Below are positions 11,527 to 22,824 of a DNA stretch of 64,000 nt, one piece after another. Under the pieces are notes generated by a model that did no database searches, was not told the DNA's origin, and saw only the letters and a list, made by a program, of their open reading frames with translations. The DNA is from Vermamoeba vermiformis (Eukaryota), in NCBI GenBank assembly GCA_045837725.1, contig JBEWZL010000098.1:186001-250000 (forward strand), given 5' to 3'. The stretch's first letter is position 1. The number at the start of each line of letters is the position of its first letter. The position numbers and the translations under genes are program-made.

Positions 11527-14500
11527 CTAATTAAGGGCCTCTTGAATCCTCTTGTGAATGTGCACCAAGAAGTCTGCGTACGACAAAATATCTTGATTTC
11601 CTTTTTTGGACATCTTGCCTGGCACTGATCGTTCGTCTTCAATCAACAGCGCGGCAAATTTAGCGATGTTAGGATCTCGTGGTCTGAATTGCCATTAGAT
11701 CACTTTTCCAAATATAGACATAAATTGAACGTACCGCACAAGCGTGACTTTCGGGAAGTACAAACTGCTGGCCTGCAACCACTCGATGATGTTCCACACT
11801 CGCTGCGAGAAGTCGTTTTCTTGCTTCGTGAACGGCAGCTAAAAATAGGTCAGTTGGCATTCCTTTTATGGCAGTTGATAGTAACTTACGTGAGCGAGTT
11901 CGATCGATGGCACTTGCGAGGGATCAACGCTCGGGAACAATTGTTGCAACAATTCGTGACTGGCATTCGGGCCAATGTAAATAAATATCTGCAAAGTATC
12001 GTGCAACAAATAAATGCCATCAGGGCGCACCATCTCCATCGCTAATCGGGTAATATCTGGGAGCTTAGTGAATCCCGCGTGTATTCTACCGTCCTGCAGT
12101 GAATGTCAGCAAATGACAAGTGACACGTGTCAAACTGCGTACCTCTTCCTCGAGTCTGTGAAGTGCAAATAAGTGTGGGTGAATCAGCGTGCCTAATTTG
12201 TCGAGCGGTTGATCTGCAAACATGCGCAAGAAAGCTACGCGCTGATCAGTGAGCGAGACCACGTGTGCCTAAAATTAGATTAGACGAGTTCTAAATATAG
12301 AAGTGCACTTACCCAAATCGGGCTGAGGTTGGAGAGCAGTGGATGTTTGAGCATGCCTGAAATGTAGAGCGGGAAGTGTTTCAATGTGTCGGGCAACACC
12401 AACTGACCTTCCGCTGAGGACTTGGCACAGTATTTCCTAATTTGGAAAGTCAGTTACATCCATTTGCATTTACATTGCAATTGTCGTATTACCTGTAGCC
12501 CGCGAGCAACTTGGCGGAGCGTTCGACTAATCGCGCACGTGCCTCAATGAGTGACAGGTTGGTGGCATCCACGACAGCAGCACGTGACAAGTGGCCGAGC
12601 AGTGCGTCGAGATCAATGGCGCGATAGGCATTCAACAGCGAGGCAGTGGTGCGCAGGGCCAAGGTGTGCACGCGGATCATGCGCTGACCGTACGGCGTGG
12701 TGTGCGCGACGGCACATTGAATCAGCACGGGCTTGTCAGGACGATCTTCGAGGGTCTCGTCGTGTGTCAGGGTCACTGCGAGGGTCGTGGTCGCGTCCAT
12801 GGCAGCGAGGGCCACATCAGGACCTGCATTGGGCAGACCAGCCAAGTCGTACGAAGTGACGCTGATGCCTGAACTGGCGCGCACTCGCAATGCAGCCTCG
12901 AACACAATGCGGTGACTGAGTGAGCGGCGCAGTGTGTGCCAGAGCGTAGCGTGATCGCGGTGCACGTCAAAGTGTGGCATGTAATAGACACGGCCCTGTG
13001 TGACATGTGACACCTCGCTGATACTCGCGAGATCGACGTAGGCATTGGGTGCCACGATCATGTCCACGCTGATGGCACGCTTGAGACACTCCTCGCCGAG
13101 CTTCTTAAAATAGGCATTGTCACTCGTCAGCAAAGTCTTCTCTTTGTCCGTGTTCAGCAGCTTCAAATCCTCGCGGGGCTTGATGGCACCAGGTCCGAAC
13201 ATGGGTCTGCCAGCCTGCAGCACGAACACCTTGCCACCCGTGTTGTTCTGTCGCGTGTCAGTCACGTGTCACTTGCATCACGTGTCACCAGTACGTACCA
13301 GCATGAGCGCAGCAGCATTGAGTGCAGCACCGAGAGCGGACTCGTTGACACCTGTGTGCTGGAACATGACGGGCAACTTGTCCAACAGCTCGTCAATCTG
13401 CGCCTTGTGCTCGCCATAGCGCACCAACATGTTGGCAGTGGGCATGGGCAAGAACATGTTGTGCACTTCACCCACTGTCATCAGCTGCGGTCGCTTGGCC
13501 GTGGACTGTGTGATGGTTAATACGCACATCTCGAATATGACACGATCAAACACGTACAGCGAGGTTGTAAAAGTGCACTGTCGAGTCGTAGGTGATGAAG
13601 CCAAAGCGATAGTGACTGTCCGCGAACAGTTCTGACAAGAGCTGCTTGACACACGCCACAAAGGACTAGCGAGAGTTAATAGGGCACACAAGTATATATC
13701 ATATCATATATCGCAGTAGATACGTACAGCCAACAGCCCAGACTGCACAGCTGCAACAGAAGTGTCAATCACGAACAAGTAGCTCGGCACCCACTGCACA
13801 CTGACAGGCTGTTGCGTGCCACTGACTGCGGGCGGTGTCAACAGCTTGCCCTGCATGTCTTTGGGGGCCACAAAGTCCACTGTGCCGTGCACCAGTTCAG
13901 GACGCATGCTCAGATCCACGCGCTGTCCGTTGATGTCGAGCGGTGCAAAGTACTCAGCGGGCACTTCATTCGCACAGCCGCACAAGCGACACTGATACTG
14001 CGCGCCATTGTCGATGAAGTTGATGAACGGATTGATGTACGCGCGACACCGTCTGCAGCGCAGGGGTCCCTCGTCACCCATATTCACAATCGGAATGTCG
14101 CGCTGTTCGAGTGCGCCGTCAGTGAAGGGCTGCAGCACCACCGTGAAGGGCAGTTGACTCTGCGCCATCATCTCTTTGGTCGTGGGCACTTGATACAGCG
14201 TGCTGCGCATGAACTTGGGCGAGCACGAGCCGCGGTCATCGACGGTGAACAGCGTGGTGGCTGCGGGGGGCAAGTGCATCTCGCGCGTGAGATAGGTCGA
14301 GATCTTGTCGCTGAGGTGTGGGCGCGGCAGTGCCATCACATCTAACTTGCCGCTGCGACGGGGTTCAGAGCCGGAGGGCTGGGGCATCAGTGGACCAGGG
14401 GCAACAGGGCCTGGCTGCAGCGACATGGCACCGAACTGTGGTGTCGGGGGCTGTGTCATGCCTGGTGTGAGGGGCTGTGTCATGCCTGGTGTGAGGGGCT

Positions 14501-14930
14501 GAAAGCTCGATCCAGCACCGAGCACTGGCTGCTGTCCACTGGCTTGTTGTTCGGCCAGCTGATCCGATTGAAAGCGCGTTAATTATCTGTTACTTGTACG
14601 TACATTTTTTTTTATTATGGTTATTGCAATTGAATGAGTGCCGTAGTGTCATACTTAATATGGCGAAGAGGAAAAATTAGGCAAAAAATTCAATTTGAAA
14701 AAATTCAACAATTAACTTTGTACGAATAATAGCGCTGTGAGATCATTATTACTCGATACATTAATAATAAAAATATCACGGGAATTTTTAAAATATACCT
14801 GAGCCTGCATTTGACGGTGTTGTCTAGATTTCACAGGCGGCATCTGGAATGAAACCTGGTTAAACCCAGTTTGCATATGACCGACCGGATGCTGAGGACC
14901 AGGTTGAGTGTACTGATTGGGATCGGCCAT
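11527..14930 (-). CDS. SEC24: COPII coat subunit Sec24 (Sec24C/D-like)
   Basis: CSPKFMRSTLY, zinc finger RCRRCRAYINPF...CRLC, trunk YLFVIDTS, GGKVFV, FEAALRVRAS, GQRMIRVHT; C-terminus SYADFLVHIHKRIQEALN. Confidence 0.95.
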
Positions 14931-15332
14931 AGTGTTTACAATATAATATACAGTAATAAAACTGTGGCTGTGAAAAAATCAGTTTTGCGTCCTGTCGACG
15001 TCATCACCATAACACTACGTAAGCACCGATTAATAGGGGACATATTGCACTGAGCCGCTCAAGATATGTCATCGTAAAAGCAAAGGCCTTAATGTGCGTT
15101 AGAACGGTGGGTCGTTGAGTGTCAAACTAGTGGCGGGGCCCGGGGTGTTCGCGTCATCCTCTTAGCATCAGCGTGCTACTTATCATGAATGAAGCACGGC
15201 TGAATCATTCACTGTTCAACGATTGTTTGAAAATATACGGTGAATCGTCGTTGAAAAAGCAAATAAAAAGAAATTTGAGCCTCGCGCAGAATTGGAGCCA
15301 TTAGTCTTAATAATTATCAACCAGCGAGCACA

Positions 15333-18300
15333 ATGCTGTCACGCAAGAGACCATTTGAAGGCCCTGAGCCCGCGAATTACGTCGCAGGTCTCGGCAGAGG
15401 GTATGTATCGTTACAACTGACCACATCCAGCTGTCAATTCAATGCTAATTATTTTATTATTAGTGCCACTGGTTTTACTACACGATCTGATATTGGTCCT
15501 GCTCGTGAACAGACGTATGTGTCGCGTCAATTTAATAATAATTCTGAAAAATATTCAAAAAACAATAATAATTCAGCACGCACTCGCATTGCGCTGAATC
15601 GATGTAATAATGACAATACAATATACAGGAATTTTGGCAAAGCACCAGAGAACTATGTCGCTGGTCGTGGACGTGGTGCCACTGGATTTGGTTTTTCTCA
15701 AAATGCAGCGCCGAAGAAAGATGACGATGAAGACGAAGGCGGAGGTGGTCCTGATGGCGACGCATTGGGTGACAATGAAGAGGGCTTGTTCGATTACGCC
15801 AACTACGACGCTGAGGACGCAGAAGCAGATGCGATCTGGGACTGGGTCGATCAACGCATGGATTCGCGCCGCAAACGACAGCGAGAAGCGCGCGAAAAAG
15901 AAGAACAAGAAAAGATACGCAAACAACGACCCAAGATCCACACGCACTTTGCGGATGTGAAAGAAGAGCTCAAAGACGTGTCGTGGGACGAGTGGGCCAA
16001 TCTGCCCGAGGCCGGTGATCGCGTCAGTCGTCACAAGCGCCAAAAGACTGAAGGTCGCTTCACACCCGTGCCTGACAGCTTGTTGGAACAGGCGCGACTC
16101 GAGTCACAGACTGTCACGCAGATCGATCCGCGTCGCAACTACGGCCTGGAGACACCGGGCACGATGAGCACCATGTCGGGCACCGCGAGCACATTCACGC
16201 CGATTCAAGATCTGCGCAAGATTGGTGAGGCCAAGAAGACTGTGCTCGACACGCACTTGCGGGCCACTTCGGACAGCGTGACGGGCCAGACGACGGTGGA
16301 CACCAAGGGCTACTTGACCGATCTGTCGCACATTCGCACCAGCACTGACGCGGAGGTCGGTGATCGAAAGAAGGCAGAGATGTTGATGGAGAACATCACC
16401 ACCACCAATCCCAGTCACGCGCCGGGCTGGATTGCACGTGCTCGTCTGCTCGAGTCTGCTGGCAAGCTGGCACAGGCGCGCAAAGTGATTGCAGATGGCT
16501 GCAAATATTGTCCGCGCAGTGCCGAGGTGTGGCTCGAAGCAGCACGACTCAATCCCGACCCGACCGTGGCCAAAGCACTGCTGGCACAGGCTGTGAGTCA
16601 CTTGCCCGAGTCAGTGCCGCTCTGGACTGCGGCGGCCAATCTCGAGACCGATCGACAGCGCAAGAGACGCGTCTATCGCAAGGCCCTCGAACACATCCCC
16701 AACAGTCCCATGCTCTGGCGCGCAGCAGTGGAGCTCGAAGAACAGGAAGATGCGCGTGTCATGTTGAAGCGCGCAGTGGAGTGTGTGCCGCACAACACGG
16801 AGATGTGGCTCGCACTGGCCAAGCTCGAGACCTACGAGAACGCCAAGAAAGTGCTCAACAAGGCCCGCGAGACCATTCCCACTGACAAGGCAATTTGGAT
16901 CACTGCAGCACAACTCGAAGAGGCCAATGGCAACGAGTCGTTTGTGAGAAAAGTCATCAAAAAGGCCGTCAAAACACTCGCGGACGGTGGTGTGAAAATA
17001 GACCGCGAGGAGTGGCTGAAAGAGGCACAACAGAGCGAGAAGGCAGGCTACGCAGTGACGTGTCAGTCGATTGTGATGGAGACGATTGGCATTGGCATTG
17101 AAGAAGAGGACCGCAAGAGCGTGTGGTGCGAGGACGCAGACAACTGCATTGCCAGCGGATTCATTCAGACTGCACGCGCTATTTACGCACAAGCGACTTC
17201 AGCTTATCCGCACAAGAAGTCGTTCTGGCTGCGCATGGCTGACTTGGAACGCAATCACGGCACCAAAGAGAGCTTGGAACAGGTGCTCAAACACGCTGTG
17301 AAGGCGTGTTCGGAGAGCGAGGTGTTGTGGCTGATGGCGGCCAAGGAGAAGTGGCTGCAAGGCAACATTCAAGACGCACGTCGCATCTTAGAAGAGGCGT
17401 CAGGGTCGATTCAAGGCTCGGAACAGATCTACCTCGCTGCAGTCAAGCTCGAGAAGGAGAATGATGAATTCGAGCGCGCACGATCGCTGCTGCAGAAAGC
17501 GCGAAAGAACGCCAGCACAGCGCGCGTGTGGATGAAGAGTGCGCTGCTGGAGCGTGAGATTGGCAATGCAGAGCGCGAGCGTGAGCTGCTAGACGAGGCC
17601 CTGCAACAGTTCAACAAATTCGACAAGCTGTGGATGATGCGCGGTCAGCACAGTGAGCGCGCAGGACGACCAGAAGAGGCGCGCACGACGTATCAACAGG
17701 GCCTGGCACAGTGCAAGACCTCCATTCCGCTCTGGCTGTGTCTGTCGCGACTCGAAGAGAAGCAGCCTGGTGGTGCGAGCAAGGCCCGCGCAGTGCTGGA
17801 GAAGGCACGTCTGACCAATCCCAAGCAACAAGAGCTGTGGCTGGAGTCCATTCACGTCGAGAACAGAGCTGGCAACAAGAAGATGGCCATGACACTGCTC
17901 GCCAAGGCCCTGCAAGAGTGCTCCACCAGCGGCAAGTTGTGGGCCCTCGCCATCGATCTCGAGAACACGCCGCAGAAGAAAGCACGCTCCGTCGATGCAC
18001 TCGCGCGCTGCGGTCACGATCCATTCGTGTTGGTCGCACTCGGCAAGCTGTTCTGGGGCCAGCGCAAGATTGAAAAGGCGCGCACGTGGTTCAATCGCAG
18101 TGTGACCGAGCCCAACGGCAATCCCGACATTGGCGACAGCTGGGCGTGGTTCTACAAGTTTGAGCTGCAGCACGGCACTGAAGAGCATCGCGAGGCACTC
18201 ATCAAGCGCGTTATTGCTGCAGATCCACATCACGGCGACTACTGGGTGCAGATCTCAAAGCGAGATGAGAACGCGCGACTGAAACCCGATCAGATCTTGA

Positions 18301-18335
18301 AGAAAGTTGTGTTACTGCTGCCTAATGTGCAGTAA
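15333..18335 (+). CDS. PRPF6: Pre-mRNA splicing factor Prp6 (U5-102K), HAT/TPR repeats; two 5' introns (15401-15463, 15515-15628)
   Basis: [51 protein letters not shown], a long HAT array and C-terminal [17 protein letters not shown]. Confidence 0.98.
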   Translation: [1000 protein letters not shown]

Positions 18336-18464
18336 ATGACTACTACTACTATTAATGATAATAATACTCTTGTGAATAGCAAAAATAAACTTGTACAAAC
18401 AAATTCAAACGACCAAGTTCTTGAGAATACAAACACAACTCGTAACTTTTATTAGCATATAACA

Positions 18465-19329
18465 ATGACAGATATATTACAATCGCTTGAAGCGCTTATA
18501 AACGATTTACACACAGAAGAGGACGATCAGATCGTGGATCGCGTTGATCAGATCCATTCAATTAAAGGTAAATAAATCATTAGCCCTCGGATTTTGTATT
18601 AAATTAATACTAACATAATACCCAACGTATATTAAATTAATTTGAATATTTTAGTTATTTTATTTGGTTGACAGATCCACCAGTTAAGTTTATAACCTAA
18701 TTCCTTTTCAGATTTCGATTTGGACGACCTAACAGATGCACAAAGAGAACAACTAATACAAAAATTGAGCGAATTATCCTCGCGCACAATGAATATGATG
18801 AGCAAATTATTAGAGAAAAACAGCGGGCAAGAGCTCTATCTAAAAGTATGCACAGGATAACTGATTAATACAGAGCCCATTTGTAACATCAGTCATGTAG
18901 GACCTCGAAGTGAACAAGAATTTGCACGATGTGAAGCAATACACCGAGTTCGGACTGTGGCGCAGTCTGTACAAACAGAACTTGGTGCTGCACGAGCGCA
19001 TCCACCGCACCATGAAACGACTCTCGGTGAGTGGTCCCAATAGCCGGCTGAAGCGTCAATAGGACTAACCTCCTTTGTAGCACTCAGTCAAGCAGCAGGA
19101 GACACGAAGCGAGACACACAATGCGAACGATAACGCTGGAATGAATTTTAAGGACTTGTATATGAATGAGATGACGGAATCATTTGGCGATGAGTTGAAT
19201 GCACTACGAAGCGATGACGGGTTTGATGGACACAAAATGAGGTTACTCTCTGACTTTTTAGAGCAAGGCACCAAGCTGTACAGCCCTGAAGAACAAGAGT
19301 TCATTATGAGCTGTTTTACCTCTAAATAA
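18465..19329 (+). CDS. Coiled-coil protein with a C-terminal Rsa3-like (ribosome assembly protein 3) domain
   Basis: Last exon FKDLYMNEMTESFGDELNALRSDDGFDGHKMRLLSDFLEQG resembles the Rsa3 motif F..Y...T..FGDDL..LR...DF; upstream exons are helical. Confidence 0.55.
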
Positions 19330-19422
19330 AGCGTAATTGTATTTAACAGAGTATCACACTGTTGTTCGTGGACAAGTCACACACTTTTTATTTTCAAGAG
19401 CTTGCTAAGCACAGAACATTGC

Positions 19423-21059
19423 TTATTTGAAGATCTTGCCTTGGTTGACCTTGCGGCCACCGAGTTCACCGTCCCAGGCGAAGTAGTCCTCAATGAGGGC
19501 CTTGTCAGCGGCGTTGTTCAAGTCAGCCTTGCGCCAAGTGTAGAGAGCGTGGTCATCAGCCTCCTTCATTTCTTCGGGGATTTCTTGACCGCGGAACAAC
19601 CAGCAGCTGCCGATTTGACGGGCGTTGTCATCACCGAAGATGATGATGGAACCCATACCGTACTTGCGGAGTTGGTCCAAACGTTGGATCCAGCCACCAA
19701 CAAAGTTCAAGTTCTTGAACATAGGCTCCTTGGCCAAATCGTCGTTGTAGTTGTACTCGGCGAAGTAGAAGCAGAAGCCTTCAGCGTCGAAGTTTTGCCA
19801 CAACCAGGGGTAAGCCTCCTTGCGGGTGTCCTTGGCATTGCTGTACACACGCTTCCACTCTTCCAAGTTGAACTTGCTGGGGGGCAAAGAGTCCAACTTG
19901 CTCTTCTTCTTCTTCTCGACGAATTCGTCTTCTTCGGGGGCATCATCCTTCTCTTCCTTCTTGGCCTCCTTCTTGGGCTCTTCCTTCTTGGGTTCCTCCT
20001 TCTTCTTCTCAGGAGCAACAGCCATCTTCTCGCACAGTTGGAAGTCACCAACAACAGCCTTCCACTCGGGTTGGTTGATGCAAGTGTTGAACCATCTGGT
20101 AACGTTGCCGAAGGGCTTGCGGAAAGCAGGGTCGAAAACAATCTTGAAGCCGTTGTAGAGAGCAAAGGCAACAGAGAGATCGGCAGCAGTGATGCGCTCA
20201 CCGACCAAGTAAGTGCGGGTCAACAAGTAGTTGTTCAAGACAGTCAACAACTTCTTGACGTCTTCCTTAGCCTTCTCGGTGGCCTGAATGGGAACGGGTT
20301 AGAACGCAATCAAAGCATTCAGTTAATTTTCGCAAAACAATAGATTCATCGTATTCAAGGTCGACAATGTCATGAATACTACAAATTAAGGTCATAAAAT
20401 CGCTTAACCGAATATACCTCAGGGATGTTGTCCATGTAGCCAAAGATGGGGTAGATCCAAGTACCAAGAGCGGGGGTAATGGTGCAAGAAGTCCAATCGA
20501 GCCAGCTGTCAACAAGGGCCTAATTGTAATCCATTAGTTTATATCACAGTAAAAATTGTAACGATCCGTGAGTTTTTTCAGCGTAAAGAGTATTTATGGC
20601 TATGTCAATAACTTACGTTCTCGTAGGCGTTGCTGCCGTAGAGCTTGGGGGACTTGCGAGCAACTTTAATAGCAAAAGTTAGCTGATGATCGAGATTTGA
20701 TATTAAAAGAATAAATAATATTCTTACTATAGCGAAGGATGGCATTGCTTTCCCACAAACCACCTTCAGGAGTCTCAAAAGCAGGGACCTTATAAAATAA
20801 AATTAGTGATCAAATCGGAAAAAAAACAAATCTCAAGGGCGTACTTGACCCATGGGGAACTTGTCCAAGAATTGCTTGGTCTTGTTGTCAACACCCATGT
20901 TGAAGGCAGGGACCTCAACATCGAGACCGGCGTACTTGGCGGCGATCAAGATCTTGAAGGCACGAGGGTTTTGGGGGTAAGTGTAGAGTTTCTAGTCAAA
21001 CCATAAATCAGCGATATGCATTAAAGACAGTTGGATAGAGAGCAACTTACGTAAGACAT
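19423..21059 (-). CDS. EEF1G: Elongation factor 1B gamma
   Basis: GST-like N-terminus [20 protein letters not shown]...[31 protein letters not shown], and C-terminal [12 protein letters not shown]...WLFRGQ...YFAWDG...GKIFK. Strong codon bias. Confidence 0.98.
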
Positions 21060-21311
21060 TGTGACTTGTGACTCTTCGCTTTGGTAAAACGACAAAATGT
21101 TTTGCGGTCGAGACCAAAAAAAGAGACCGAATTTTATCAATTTTATTACTCACCCACAAGTACGCTCTGCAGGTTTGTGCAAGATAAACAGTAATCTTTT
21201 TTATTGTTTTAGATAACCGAGAGGTACTTCTTCCCAACAAACCGTTGAATGTCTACAAAAATTTAAAACACATGAAGGGTTGAAATTGTTATTAACATTA
21301 TTGTGGCGTGT

Positions 21312-22616
21312 TTAAGCCAAATTCTTAGCAGCTTCTTGTTCAATCTTAGCAATAGCTTCCTTTTCCTCCTTATCGACTTGATCGAAGTAGTTGTTGAGTT
21401 GTTGCCAAGAGGGCAATTGACCGGAAGCGAGACCCAACTCCTTGTAGATCTGAGGGGAGAGGTCCTTGTCGAGACCCATCTCCTTGATAAATTGAGCTTT
21501 CAATTGTTGGTCGTACTTTTGTTTAACGTCGTTGGTCAATTTGGGCAATTCCTTCAAGGCTTGAGCCAAAGCGCTGACTTCATCGCTCTTAGTAATACCG
21601 GGGTAGTTCATGTAGTTGATGGTGAAGTGCGAGGCCAAAGTACCTTCAGGCTGTCATGGGTGCGTTAGACACGTAAATATATATTAGGCAGGAAAAGAAT
21701 GCGTGATCTTACGGTGGTGTAGTTAGCAATCTCTTCAGCAGAAAGCAACAACAAATCGGCATTGACACTGCGCTCATTAACGCGGTTCTCGTGCTCTTTA
21801 GCAACCTAAACACAGATCGAAGTTTAGTACAGAACTCACAATTGGCTTGACGAGTTTAGGAATAAATAAATCAGAAACCAAAGGGATTGATACAAATATT
21901 TTTTCTAAATTAATTACGTGATAAATAAATAAATAAAAAAATAGATCTGTTACCTGTTCGGGAGTGAAGGTTTTGGATTTCTCGGCCAAGATCTGCTTGG
22001 CGCGGTCGATCAAAGCTTTAGCTTGGGCAGTGAATTCAACAGGTGAAGGGTCTTCGCCAAATTTCTCGATAACGGCGCTTTGAGCTTCCGATTTGGATTT
22101 GAAGAAGGGTTGGAACTGAGCGTCAGATGCTTCAGCAATCTTCTTGAGGGCGTCAGCTGACAATTTGAGAGCGCTGGCCTTTTGGGCGAATTTTTGACTT
22201 TCAAGCTTGGCACCTTCAGCCATGCCTCTGTAAATATCGCGGTATGAAAAGAATGGTGTTTCAGCATTGACAATTTGACCAGCAATATTGTTCAACATCT
22301 CCTCAAATCTAGGGGTCATCTTCAATGATACGCGACCATCCTTAATTGTGGGCTCTGAGATATGAAAATATTTTGTTAGATTAATTATTATTGTAATTAT
22401 TTTTTTGCGTTGTAAAAATTACCAGGTCTCTTATCGACGGTGGGACGAACAGTGTATGATCTAGCAAACACAGAGGTGGTCGAGGAGCTCTAAAATAAAC
22501 GGTATAAGCAAAAACGCTGAATCGAATCGACAAGTTTTTTGTGGCTCCACTGAAAGTTCCAATACCTTGAGGGTACGAGCGGAAATGCGAGCAACGTTAT
22601 TGAGTGCTGACAACAT
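21312..22616 (-). CDS. Unknown alpha-helical protein with a mitochondrial-type presequence; probably highly expressed
   Basis: MLSALNNVARISARTLK...FARSY presequence; five phase-compatible exons; K/E/A-rich helices; codon usage similar to neighbouring EEF1G. Confidence 0.6.
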
Positions 22617-22824
22617 TGATACTGCTTTGTTGTTTGTTGGCTTGCAGGAAAAAAACAAATTAACAACCACGAGCACAAACATCTTCGTACGAGCAACTAA
22701 GATTTACCCACAAACAAACGGGCTGTATTATTCAATAATTTATTGGTAGTACTAATGACACAAAATAGACAATCTTTGCCCACAAACAACAGGAGGGCAG
22801 ACCTCCTTATTAATAAATAATCGC

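Noticed and set aside
14446-14501. QPLTPGMT tandem repeat in Sec24
   Set aside because: Ordinary low-complexity duplication in the Pro/Gln-rich Sec24 N-terminus.
15060-15220. GC-rich patch with a small hairpin between Sec24 and PRP6 as an ncRNA
   Set aside because: No snRNA, SRP, U3 or tRNA signature recognised; consistent with a bidirectional promoter.
19402-20343. 313-aa plus-strand ORF and similar long antisense ORFs over myosin I, PRP6, TRAPPC8 and LRR-PP2C
   Set aside because: Shadow ORFs caused by strong codon bias of the real gene on the other strand; no recognisable domains.
20284-20417. Possible C/D snoRNA in an EEF1G intron
   Set aside because: Has CTGA and a short stem but no good RTGATGA C box and no rRNA guide I can recognise.
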